This document shows positions 49,887-57,822 of a stretch of DNA of 58,072 nt, piece by piece. This DNA comes from a virus, in the IMG/VR virus record IMGVR_UViG_3300048913_000259, positions 1-58,072 of that record. One strand, 5' to 3'. A program made the position numbers and the translations under genes. The notes under the pieces were generated by a model, which saw only the letters and a program-made list of their open reading frames with translations, was not told the DNA's origin and searched no databases. Within the stretch, counting starts at the first letter, position 1; every line of letters begins with the position of its first letter.

Positions 49887-52294
49887 GCCTGGTACGCCTG
49901 TCCGTTATGGGCGCGGCCTGGCGGTTCGGTCGGCGGCGTCGTGACCTCGGGGCCGTGCGCGTTCGCCGCGGCCAGGCGCTCCTGGGTTTGCAGCTTCATC
50001 GTGGTGGCGGCCAGGTCGGCCTTCACCTGCTCGAGCGAGATTTGCCGGGTGTTGGCGTAGTCCAGCATGGCCAGGCGCTCCTTCAGCTGAAGCTCCTGCA
50101 TGCGCGCCTGGTGCTCGAGCTGGGTGCGCTCGTTCTCGGCCTGGGCGAATACGCCATCGCGGTCCATATCGGTCTTGATGCGCTCCTTCTGCACCTCGGC
50201 CGCGATCTGCGCGGTTTGCACGCGGGCCTGGGCGCCGATCTTGGCCGCCTCGAGGCGCGGGTCGACCGGCGGGCCGGCTTCCTGCATCTGCTTCTGCTTG
50301 AGCTGCCACTCGGTGTCGCTGTACTGGAAGCGATCGGGGTCCAGGCGCTGGGCGCGCAGGTATTCCTTGAACCACTTCTCCGGGTTGATCCGGAAGTCCG
50401 GGTCCTTCACGAACTGCGCCATTTGCAGGATTGCCTGGTTCTGTGCATCGCGCTCAAACAGGGCGCTCGAGCCACGCGCGGCAACAATGTACTCGCCCTT
50501 CTCGTCTTCCTCGGGGCCGTACATCAGCAACCACTCGTAGTAGCGCAACAGGTGCGGCACCGTGATCCGATCATCGAACAGCTTGGCGATCGCGCGCAGC
50601 GGCGTGTTGCTGTTGTTGGTCAGGATGTTCATGCCGCCGACCGTCGTGGTGGCGCTGCCTTGCTGGCCTTGCAGCAGCATGCTCATGCCGGTGACGTCCT
50701 CGGCCATCTTCAGGCCGAAGTTGATGATGCTGAGTAGTTCCTCGGCCAGCATATCCAGCTTGATCGCGGCGAAGGCCTTGCGCACGTCGTCAATGCTGCT
50801 GTCCGGGTCCAGCTCCCACATCTTGCGCGGGCTGATGCCGTACTTGGCGCCGCGGCCCAGCGGCTTCAGGGCGCCCTTCATCATCACGAACTGCGGGCCA
50901 GCTGCCAGGCCGGCGTTGTCCATCAAGTTGCGCACGCCGGCGTTGACGATCCGCTGCGGGCTGCGCACCTGGCGCGCCACGCCGATGCCGGCCCAATGGT
51001 TCTCTCGCTCCTGCCACACCATCACGTCATACGGGAAGCTGCCGCTGTCCAGGGTAGTCAGGGCGGCCTTGATGACGCGATCGTTCACCATCGTCACCAT
51101 GACCGGCAGCACCTCGCCGTCGTCGGCGTCGATGCCGGCCGCGCGCAGGTCTTCCGCGGTGGCCACGCCGTTGTAGTACCAAATCTCGTACTGCTCGCCG
51201 TCCGGCGCCTGGTAGGTGTCGTCCTCGGCAAAGCGGCGCTGCGGGCCTTCCTCGAGGCACCTGGTGATCGTGTCTTCCAGGTACATCGGCATGCCGTCGC
51301 TGTCCTTCGTGCCCTTCAGGTCGCGCAGCTGGCGCGCCGTGATCCGGTCCTTCTCCCACACGAAGCTGCCGCGGTGGATGTCCTCGCCACAGGCTGGGTC
51401 CGGGTAGAAGTTCCAGTAGCTGATGCAGCGCGATTCGGGCGCGGTCTTGTTCTGCACCTTCATGGTGTAGGTGCCGGTCCTCTCGTCGCGCACCAGGGCG
51501 CGAGACATACGCTTCGAGGGGAACGGGCCTTTCAGGATGCCGACACCCACCTTGGCCGCGTCACGGATGACCTTGCGCTGTTCGGCGCTGAACTGGCCTT
51601 CCTCGAGCCAGTCCTCGATGCGGGTCTTGGCCTTGGCCACCTTGGCGCGGGCTTCGTTGACCATCTGCGTTGCGGCCTCGCCGATCGTGCCAGGCGCGCC
51701 AGGCTTCAGCGCCACGCCAGGCGGCGGCGTCAGCGGCTTGTCGCTGCCCATGAGGGCGATCACGTCCGGCATCGGAGTCGGGCGCAGGTCCCAATTCGCT
51801 TCATCGGTCGGCAGCAGCATGTCGCACGCGCGGCCGGCGCTGAAGTCGACGTAGGCCCGGGTGATGTTCATGAAGACATTCGAGCCGGCCGCTTCGTCGG
51901 TGCCCGTCACGGCCGTACCGCCCACGCCATTCGGGTCGCGCGGCTTCAGGGTGACAGTCTCGTTCCGGTTGGCGTTGTCGATGCCTTCGTAGTGTTCCTC
52001 ATCCTGGCGCCACAGGTCTTCGATGCCGGATGCACGGCGGGCCTCGATCGCGCTGTTCTTCTTCGTGGCCAGGGCGGCGCCGAAGGTGTCCAGGCGGGCC
52101 TGGCGATCGGCCTCCTGCTCGGCCTGGCGCGCGGCGCGTTCCTCCGCGGTGAATACGTCTTCCTCATCCTCGACGGCCAGCGCCAGGCCGGTCGGCGTCT
52201 TGTCCAGCTGGGCGCCGGGCAGCTGGTCGACGGCGCCAGGCTGGCCAGGTGCTCGCATTGCAGCGCGCCGGCGTGCGTCTTGTTTAGTGCTCAT
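49883..52294 (-). CDS. Portal protein (803 aa)
   Basis: Size and position directly downstream of TerL. The C-terminal region is charged and helical. Confidence 0.7.
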   Translation of the reverse strand: MSTKQDARRRAAMRAPGQPGAVDQLPGAQLDKTPTGLALAVEDEEDVFTAEERAARQAEQEADRQARLDTFGAALATKKNSAIEARRASGIEDLWRQDEEHYEGIDNANRNETVTLKPRDPNGVGGTAVTGTDEAAGSNVFMNITRAYVDFSAGRACDMLLPTDEANWDLRPTPMPDVIALMGSDKPLTPPPGVALKPGAPGTIGEAATQMVNEARAKVAKAKTRIEDWLEEGQFSAEQRKVIRDAAKVGVGILKGPFPSKRMSRALVRDERTGTYTMKVQNKTAPESRCISYWNFYPDPACGEDIHRGSFVWEKDRITARQLRDLKGTKDSDGMPMYLEDTITRCLEEGPQRRFAEDDTYQAPDGEQYEIWYYNGVATAEDLRAAGIDADDGEVLPVMVTMVNDRVIKAALTTLDSGSFPYDVMVWQERENHWAGIGVARQVRSPQRIVNAGVRNLMDNAGLAAGPQFVMMKGALKPLGRGAKYGISPRKMWELDPDSSIDDVRKAFAAIKLDMLAEELLSIINFGLKMAEDVTGMSMLLQGQQGSATTTVGGMNILTNNSNTPLRAIAKLFDDRITVPHLLRYYEWLLMYGPEEDEKGEYIVAARGSSALFERDAQNQAILQMAQFVKDPDFRINPEKWFKEYLRAQRLDPDRFQYSDTEWQLKQKQMQEAGPPVDPRLEAAKIGAQARVQTAQIAAEVQKERIKTDMDRDGVFAQAENERTQLEHQARMQELQLKERLAMLDYANTRQISLEQVKADLAATTMKLQTQERLAAANAHGPEVTTPPTEPPGRAHNGQAYQA

Positions 52295-52307
52295 GGGTGT
52301 TTCCTTA

Positions 52308-53855
52308 TCAGTAGCCTACGCCAGGGTCATGCGGGCGGCGGACTTCAACTTCGGGCTCGGGCTCGCGATCGCGGGGCTTCACGTTCTCGGCGAAGGTCAG
52401 GGAAAGCGCGTCAGCGATGTCAGGCGACAGGCCGCCGCGCTTCTTGATGTCTTCCTTCTTCTCGATCTTGATGCGGCTCTTGCTGTCGTAGGTGTAGCCG
52501 GGCTCCACCAGGTCGGCCTGCATCTCGTCGCTGTCCGGGATGCGCACCGGCTTGGAGTTGAACCAGTCGCGCATGCGGGTCCAGCACTCGGCCCGCTTGT
52601 TGTAGTACTTGTCGTCTTCGTCGGCGCTCTCGCTGGCCTGCACGCCAACAACGACGTCGCCGTAGCCCAGCTCCTCGAGGCGGTCATAGATGCCCACGCC
52701 GAGGCCCACGATGTCGATGAAGACCTTTTCAGGCTTGTCCTTCTCGATGATCGCGGCCAGGATGCCGGCAACCTGCATCGTGTTCTTCTGCGCCAGCAGC
52801 CGGACGTTGTAGACCACACGGCCGCGGCGCCACACGATCGCGGTGCGGTCATCGCCGTAGCGGGCCGGGTCGCAGCCCACCAGCAGCGGCACAGCGATGC
52901 TCGGCGCGATCGTGCGTTCCTTGCGCGCCGCCAGGATGGCCGGGATGCTGATGAGGCTGTCACGCTTGGCCGCTACGAAGGCTTCGGCCGCGGTGTTCGG
53001 ATACTCCTGCTGGAAGCGGGTTTCGTCGCCCTTGAAGTCGTCGGCGATCTTCCGCCGGCGGAAATACAGCTGGCCATCCGTCAGGCCGAACAGGTGGCGT
53101 AGGTTTTCTTCCTCATCCGTCGCCATGAAGTCGCGCGGCGGTGTCTCGGTGTACTCGTCCTGCCAGAACCAGGGCACGAAGATGGCTTCGTACTCGGACT
53201 CTCCGCGCTCGGCCATGCGCCAGCGGGTATGGAAGTCGCCGCCGACGCCGTTGGCGGTCGATTCCAGGATGATTTCGGTGTCGTTCATCTTCGAGATTGC
53301 CTGTCCTAAGCCGGGCCAGATGGTGTCGGGGTTCGGCCAGAAAGCCACCTCCGAACCGTGGAACAGCTGGATTGCCTTGCCGCGGCCGACCTGCTTGCTG
53401 CCGGCGGTGGCCACGCTGTAGCGGGATTTGAGCCGGCTGAAGACCAGTTCCTTGTCGTTCGACGTGCCGACGACGGGCTTGACGAACTCGGGCAGCGCCT
53501 CATGCATCATCTTCGTCATGTTGAAAAGCGTGTCCGTCGAGTCGGCCAGGTGCGTCAGCACGTAGGCGGTGCGGCCCTTCCGGAAGCTCTGCTTGTGCAT
53601 GAACCGGGCTTGCACGTAGGTGCTGATGCCCTGCTGCCGGCCCTTCAGGACCAGCACGCGAACCCTGCCCTTCTCCTTCAGCTGCTTCTCGATCCGGTAG
53701 TGCACGTACAGCTGGGCCTTGTTCAGGGCCAGCGGCACCAGGTCGCCGGACTTGTCGATGATCTGAAGGCAGCGCGGCGCGTAATAAACGAAGTCGTCCT
53801 TCAGGCGTAGGCGCTTGGCGTTGCGCGCCGCCTCGAGGGCCGCCGGGCTAGTCAA
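52308..53855 (-). CDS. terL: Terminase large subunit (515 aa)
   Basis: Walker-A-like VLVLKGRQQGIST, and a C-terminal nuclease-like half (LLVGCDPARYGDDRTAIV, FIDIVGLGVGIYD). The start is a TTG and is uncertain. Confidence 0.75.
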   Translation of the reverse strand: MTSPAALEAARNAKRLRLKDDFVYYAPRCLQIIDKSGDLVPLALNKAQLYVHYRIEKQLKEKGRVRVLVLKGRQQGISTYVQARFMHKQSFRKGRTAYVLTHLADSTDTLFNMTKMMHEALPEFVKPVVGTSNDKELVFSRLKSRYSVATAGSKQVGRGKAIQLFHGSEVAFWPNPDTIWPGLGQAISKMNDTEIILESTANGVGGDFHTRWRMAERGESEYEAIFVPWFWQDEYTETPPRDFMATDEEENLRHLFGLTDGQLYFRRRKIADDFKGDETRFQQEYPNTAAEAFVAAKRDSLISIPAILAARKERTIAPSIAVPLLVGCDPARYGDDRTAIVWRRGRVVYNVRLLAQKNTMQVAGILAAIIEKDKPEKVFIDIVGLGVGIYDRLEELGYGDVVVGVQASESADEDDKYYNKRAECWTRMRDWFNSKPVRIPDSDEMQADLVEPGYTYDSKSRIKIEKKEDIKKRGGLSPDIADALSLTFAENVKPRDREPEPEVEVRRPHDPGVGY

Positions 53856-54555
53856 GGCTGTCGAGCCAGTCCTCGAGGGTTCCGGCCCCCTTCGGCTTGC
53901 TCGGGTCGTCTGACAGGCCGTAGGCTTCGCGCTCGAGCGCCACCAGGGTCTTCAGGGTGTCGGCCAGCTTCTTCATGCTGTCGATCCTCGAGCCGGTCGA
54001 CATCGCGCGGTCGAAGGCTTCCAGCAGGCGCTGGCGCCGGGCTTCGTCCGCCTTGCTGGCGGGATCGCTGCCGACGATCGGCGGCCCGGCCACCAGCTCG
54101 GCCAGCTGGTCGAACAGCTCGCGGCTGAAGGTTTGGTCCTCGAGCTCGTACAGCATCGACATCGCCAGGTGGCGCGATCGCTGAATGTCTTTCCGCTGAG
54201 ACAACATCACGCCGGCCACCAGGTCAGCGTTCGCCTCGATGATCGCGGCGTCGTTCGGGGTGGTTTCAGTTGAAACTAGCGTTGAAACTACCGCGGCTGA
54301 AACCTTGGCCTGGGCGCTGGCCTTGACCTTCTCGCGCAGGTCGCGCGGTATCTTCAGGTCCTTGAAATGCTTGTTGATCGCCGTGTGGCTCACCTTGTCG
54401 CCGGTGGCGGCCTCGTAGTCAGCGGCCAGCTGTAGCACGCTCTTAACGTTGGCGCGCCAGCCTGGTTCGATCCGCGCCCAATCAATGGTCTTGCGCTTGC
54501 TCTTGCCAGCTGCCGGCGCGTCGACCTGTTTCTGATTGGTAACGGATTTCGGCAT
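53848..54555 (-). CDS. terS: Terminase small subunit candidate (235 aa)
   Basis: Lies immediately upstream of terL. N-terminal HTH-like segment SVLQLAADYEAATGDKVSHTAINKHF. Confidence 0.5.
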   Translation of the reverse strand: MPKSVTNQKQVDAPAAGKSKRKTIDWARIEPGWRANVKSVLQLAADYEAATGDKVSHTAINKHFKDLKIPRDLREKVKASAQAKVSAAVVSTLVSTETTPNDAAIIEANADLVAGVMLSQRKDIQRSRHLAMSMLYELEDQTFSRELFDQLAELVAGPPIVGSDPASKADEARRQRLLEAFDRAMSTGSRIDSMKKLADTLKTLVALEREAYGLSDDPSKPKGAGTLEDWLDSLD

Positions 54556-54557
54556 GG

Positions 54558-54788
54558 TTAGAACTTCCTGGGTGGTTTCAGGTATGCGTGGTAGCCGGCG
54601 TCCTTGATGCTGGCGTTCAGCGCGGTGCGGCGATCGGGGTGGACTGTCACCAGCTTCACGAACAGCGGCAGGGGCATGTATGCGCAGGCCTCGGCCGTCG
54701 TGGCGTTGAACACCTTCGTGAGGATCGCCGGGCGATCGCCACCTTGCTCGACTATCAGGACGGTATCGCCCAGCTCGATGACGGGCAT
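54558..54788 (-). CDS. Hypothetical protein (76 aa)
   Basis: Balanced composition, tight spacing. Confidence 0.55.
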   Translation of the reverse strand: MPVIELGDTVLIVEQGGDRPAILTKVFNATTAEACAYMPLPLFVKLVTVHPDRRTALNASIKDAGYHAYLKPPRKF

Positions 54789-54791
54789 GGT

Positions 54792-55100
54792 TCAGGCTCC
54801 GCGGTTGAGAGGGCTGCGCACCTGGTTGAAGCCGGCCATCAGGTCGGCCGCGTCCTTCTCGGTGCTCGAGGTGCCGGCGCCATCGCCGTCGTCAGCCTGG
54901 CCGGTGAGCATCTGCTCGGCCAGCTCGAGGGCGCCGTCGACGTCCTTGGCGGGCTGGCCAGCGTCGTCCTGGCCTTCCGGGTAGACCATGAAGGAACCGT
55001 CAGGCTGCGATGCGATGCAGACGACAGGGCCAGCTGCGGCCGGGGCGGCGCCAGGTGCGCCAGGTGCGCCCATCGGGGCGGCTTGAGTCGGGTCCATCAT
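54792..55100 (-). CDS. Acidic hypothetical protein (102 aa)
   Basis: AAGGAAG SD. D/E/G/A-rich. Confidence 0.5.
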   Translation of the reverse strand: MMDPTQAAPMGAPGAPGAAPAAAGPVVCIASQPDGSFMVYPEGQDDAGQPAKDVDGALELAEQMLTGQADDGDGAGTSSTEKDAADLMAGFNQVRSPLNRGA

Positions 55101-55115
55101 GGTCTTGCTTCCTTG

Positions 55116-55604
55116 TTACTGTGCTGCCGGATCGGCGGCGGGTTGCTCGGTGGCGGTGTCGATCGGCGCGGCCGGTTCGGTGCTGGTGCCGGTGACGGTG
55201 ATCGCGTCGGCCGGCTCGACGCCAGCGGCCACCTGGTCAAGCGCCAGGTTGACGATGAGGCCTTCGGTGGTCGGCTGCGGGGCCGGCTCGGTCGGCGCCG
55301 GGCTCGGGGGCTCGAGCGCGCTGCCCGGCTCGGTTGCCGGCGGTTCGGTGGCGGGCGGCTCCGTGGCCGGCGGTTCGGTCGGCAGCGGTGCGGCGCCGAG
55401 GCGTTGCCAGTTCTGCGGGTCCGGGATCGCGGCCAGGAAGGCCTGAACCTGTTCCTCGTAGTCGAAAATGCATTGCTGCTCGGTGGTGGCGTTGACCAGG
55501 GTAATCACGCCATCAACGGCCGCGTCGGGAGTGGCGAAGCCACCAGCAGACGCCAGGCCGGCGGCCATCATCAGCGCCAGGGAGCGACGATATTTAAAGA
55601 TCAT
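55116..55604 (-). CDS. Secreted Pro-rich protein with signal peptide and (TEPPA)x3 repeat (162 aa)
   Basis: Track ORF trimmed to MIFKYRRSLALMMAAGLASAGGFATP. The SD is weak. It is the first ORF after the leader terminators. Confidence 0.5.
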   Translation of the reverse strand: MIFKYRRSLALMMAAGLASAGGFATPDAAVDGVITLVNATTEQQCIFDYEEQVQAFLAAIPDPQNWQRLGAAPLPTEPPATEPPATEPPATEPGSALEPPSPAPTEPAPQPTTEGLIVNLALDQVAAGVEPADAITVTGTSTEPAAPIDTATEQPAADPAAQ

Positions 55605-55761
55605 GGGAATCTCGGGTTGAAGTTGAGGGGAGTGCGGCCGTGCCCGTTCTGCGCGCAGGTAGAGCTCTACGTCAGGTTCCACATCGTCACGGCCGCGTGC
55701 GGCGCTTATTTCCAGCGTGACCGGCGCCAGAGCTGCATGGGAGTCGTCCGCTGCCCATACC

Positions 55762-55790
55762 GAAGAAAAGAGCCAGGCCCGAAGGCCCGG
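55762..55790 (-). terminator. Second intrinsic terminator in the late-operon leader
   Basis: The minus-strand RNA reads CCGGGCC-UUCG-GGCCUGG (one G-U pair) followed by CUCUUUUCUUC. Confidence 0.55.
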
Positions 55791-55891
55791 CGAAGTCGCG
55801 CGCCTGAGCTAGGTGCTGCGCGAGAGAGACAAGGGAATCGCCGTTACCAGGTTGCTTGATGCGGGCGGATAATTCTGTGCGTCGATGGTCG

Positions 55892-55920
55892 AAAAAAAAG
55901 CCCCGGTGAAGGGGCTTTTT
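55892..55920 (-). terminator. Strong (bidirectional) intrinsic terminator after the early-left operon / in the late leader
   Basis: AAAAAAAA-GCCCC-ggtgaa-GGGGC-TTTTT. On the minus strand the hairpin is followed by U8. Confidence 0.8.
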
Positions 55921-55955
55921 GCTTGGGGACAATTGTTGACTGTATCGAAGTTCTG

Positions 55956-55985
55956 ATTCTGCCGCACACTATTGTGCGGAGTCAA
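55956..55985 (-). promoter_or_regulatory. Candidate late promoter: TTGACT, 18-nt spacer, CAGAAT, with the inverted repeat CCGCACA-N4-TGTGCGG filling the spacer
   Basis: On the minus strand, TTGACT is at 55985..55980, the IR at 55979..55962 and CAGAAT at 55961..55956. The terminator begins about 30 nt downstream of the predicted start site. Confidence 0.4.
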
Positions 55986-56021
55986 TTGATTTCCTGTGCA
56001 CAATCTCGATTTTATCCACAG

Positions 56022-56336
56022 TCAGGCCGGCAAGGCGATGCCAAGTTCCTCGACGCTGGCCTCATAGTTGGCGTGCGCAGCATCGCAGGCCTCGCGGCGA
56101 TCCTGGGGCGTTTCCAGCTCGCAGGCGATGCGCAGGTCTGCCATGTAGGTGTCATAGATGCTTTGCAGCGCGTCGGCCAGCTTGATCGCCTCATCGCGCG
56201 GCAGGGCCGGGCCGGACAGCATCTTGGCGTAGGGCGCCATGTGGCCGCTGTTGGTGCGGTGCCCGTCGATCACGTTGAACAGTGGGTTGCAGTTGCCGGC
56301 CGCCTGGATGATGTTGAAACGCGGGTTGATGTGCAT
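56022..56336 (-). CDS. Hypothetical protein (104 aa), last gene of the early-left operon
   Basis: GGAG SD, balanced composition. Confidence 0.6.
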   Translation of the reverse strand: MHINPRFNIIQAAGNCNPLFNVIDGHRTNSGHMAPYAKMLSGPALPRDEAIKLADALQSIYDTYMADLRIACELETPQDRREACDAAHANYEASVEELGIALPA

Positions 56337-56348
56337 GACGGGCTCCGA

Positions 56349-56564
56349 TTAGAAAAGCTGCTTCGATTGGGCTGCGGCCAGGCGCAGGTCGTTGTAATCC
56401 ATGCGCTGAATCTTCACCAGGCTCTCGACGTAGATGGCCCAGCCGGCTTCGTCGTGCTCGGCCGGCTTCGGCAGGTCGCGGCGCAGCTGCTGGCGCAGGG
56501 TGGCGCAGTAGTTCAGCAGGGCCTGGCCAGCTGCATCGGGGGCGTGTTGGGTGGTGGTGCGCAT
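56349..56564 (-). CDS. Hypothetical protein (71 aa)
   Basis: AGGAGA SD. Confidence 0.6.
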   Translation of the reverse strand: MRTTTQHAPDAAGQALLNYCATLRQQLRRDLPKPAEHDEAGWAIYVESLVKIQRMDYNDLRLAAAQSKQLF

Positions 56565-56608
56565 GGGTCTGTCTCCTGTTTCGGCCGCACGGCGCGGCCA
56601 CAGGTGAG

Positions 56609-56637
56609 ACTATGCCAGGATTCGGCTAACTCTGCAA
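56609..56637 (-). promoter_or_regulatory. Sigma70-like promoter: TTGCAG, 17-nt spacer, CATAGT
   Basis: On the minus strand, TTGCAG is at 56637..56632 and CATAGT at 56614..56609, in the gap upstream of the gene starting at 56564. Confidence 0.45.
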
Positions 56638-56663
56638 TATGTTGCAGTAACTTATTGCAGAGT
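56629..56663. promoter_or_regulatory. Perfect 11-bp inverted repeat ACTCTGCAATA-N13-TATTGCAGAGT (candidate operator)
   Basis: Arms at 56629..56639 and 56653..56663. The left arm covers the -35 element. Confidence 0.55.
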
Positions 56664-56671
56664 GGCCCGGT

Positions 56672-57151
56672 TCAGTAGGTCGACAGGGTGCCGATCGCGC
56701 CGGCCTTGGCCAGCTGGCGCAGCTTGTCGGCGCGGCGCCCGCGCTTGAGCTCGGCCTTGGTGATGCGTTGCAGGTCCAGCAGCGTCAGGGCCGGCCGCGG
56801 CAGCTCGACGGGCACCAGGTCGGGCCAGGAAACGATCGTGGTCCAGTCCTGGCCAGCTGGGTCTATGCCGAGGATCACGGCGCCGGTACCGGTTCGCACG
56901 GCGGACTGGTAGCTGGCCATGAGGGCGGCCGGCGTCGGCGGCGACGTGATGAACCTGAAGCTCTCGACGTGGCCCAGCTCGCCGGTGAAGTGCGGTTCCG
57001 TACCTGGTGCGTAGGCGTCCGGCCGGCGGTGGTACCTGGCGCGGCTCTGCTCGACCAGGTACCGGCCGCGCGCGGAGAACTCGGCGAACGTGCCGCCCCT
57101 CAATGCCCGGCGCGGCATCGACCACAGGCGTTTGAAGCCGGCGGCCGTCAT
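56672..57151 (-). CDS. Hypothetical protein (159 aa)
   Basis: Track ORF 56672..57772 trimmed to MTAAGFKRLWSMP. ATGA overlap with the upstream gene. Confidence 0.55.
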   Translation of the reverse strand: MTAAGFKRLWSMPRRALRGGTFAEFSARGRYLVEQSRARYHRRPDAYAPGTEPHFTGELGHVESFRFITSPPTPAALMASYQSAVRTGTGAVILGIDPAGQDWTTIVSWPDLVPVELPRPALTLLDLQRITKAELKRGRRADKLRQLAKAGAIGTLSTY

Positions 57152-57822
57152 CGTTCGCGCCAGTTGCCGCACCTGGCCTGAATCGCCGGCAGGTCGCCAC
57201 CACACACACAGCGGCCGCCTTCGGTGCAGTAGCCGGCCGCCCGGCCGCCGCGCTGCTCGTAGCTGCTCATGGCCAGCTTGATCTGCTGCGCCAGGTACGT
57301 GCGGCCCACTCGCCGGCCCTGGATCGTCACCAGCTGGCGATCGTCCGGCCGGCTGGCCAGCACCACAATCGACAGGCAGGCGCCACAGCCCATGAAGCGC
57401 AGGCCCTGGCCTTGTGCGGTATCGCTCAACGTGTGGTTGAGGCATCGCGGACACACGCCGGCGCGCGCCTCGCGGTCCTGCTTGTCGGTCAGCAGCGGCA
57501 CCTGGTCGACGTTCAGGAAGTTGCCGCGGTGCGAATGGGCGATCTGATAACGCTCGAAAGACTGGCGGCCCGGGGCGGTCGACATTTCGGCCTCGATGCG
57601 CATGGCGATGTTGCCGCTGGCCGCGTTCTCGCCCTCCCATCGGCCTTGAATCAGCGGCGCGGCCTTCCCTTCCGGGATGCGGCCCTTGGTGTAGTCCCTG
57701 GCGATCTTGGCGGCCAGCGCCAGCGTTTCGTCGCGCTCGGCCAGCTGCTTCGTCACGTACTGCATGCCGCAAACCTGCACGCCTTCAACGAAGCAATCGA
57801 CGGTGTGAACGTGTTCAGTCAT
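57148..57822 (-). CDS. Cys-rich hypothetical protein (224 aa), possible zinc-binding
   Basis: Track ORF 57148..58035 trimmed to MTEHVHTVDCFVEG. ATGA overlap with the upstream gene. CPRC...GCGAC and CTEGGRCVCGG clusters. Confidence 0.55.
   Translation of the reverse strand: MTEHVHTVDCFVEGVQVCGMQYVTKQLAERDETLALAAKIARDYTKGRIPEGKAAPLIQGRWEGENAASGNIAMRIEAEMSTAPGRQSFERYQIAHSHRGNFLNVDQVPLLTDKQDREARAGVCPRCLNHTLSDTAQGQGLRFMGCGACLSIVVLASRPDDRQLVTIQGRRVGRTYLAQQIKLAMSSYEQRGGRAAGYCTEGGRCVCGGDLPAIQARCGNWRER

Noticed and set aside
55687-56003. ORFs 55687..55932 (81 aa) and 55809..56003 (64 aa) in the late leader
   Set aside because: They run through the strong terminator hairpin and the promoter-like region, lack SD sites and have odd composition. 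The region is better explained as regulatory RNA/DNA.
56672-57151. The VILGIDPAG segment as a RuvC-like resolvase motif
   Set aside because: The motif is in the middle of a 159-aa protein, whereas RuvC has it at the N-terminus. No other catalytic acidic motifs are evident.
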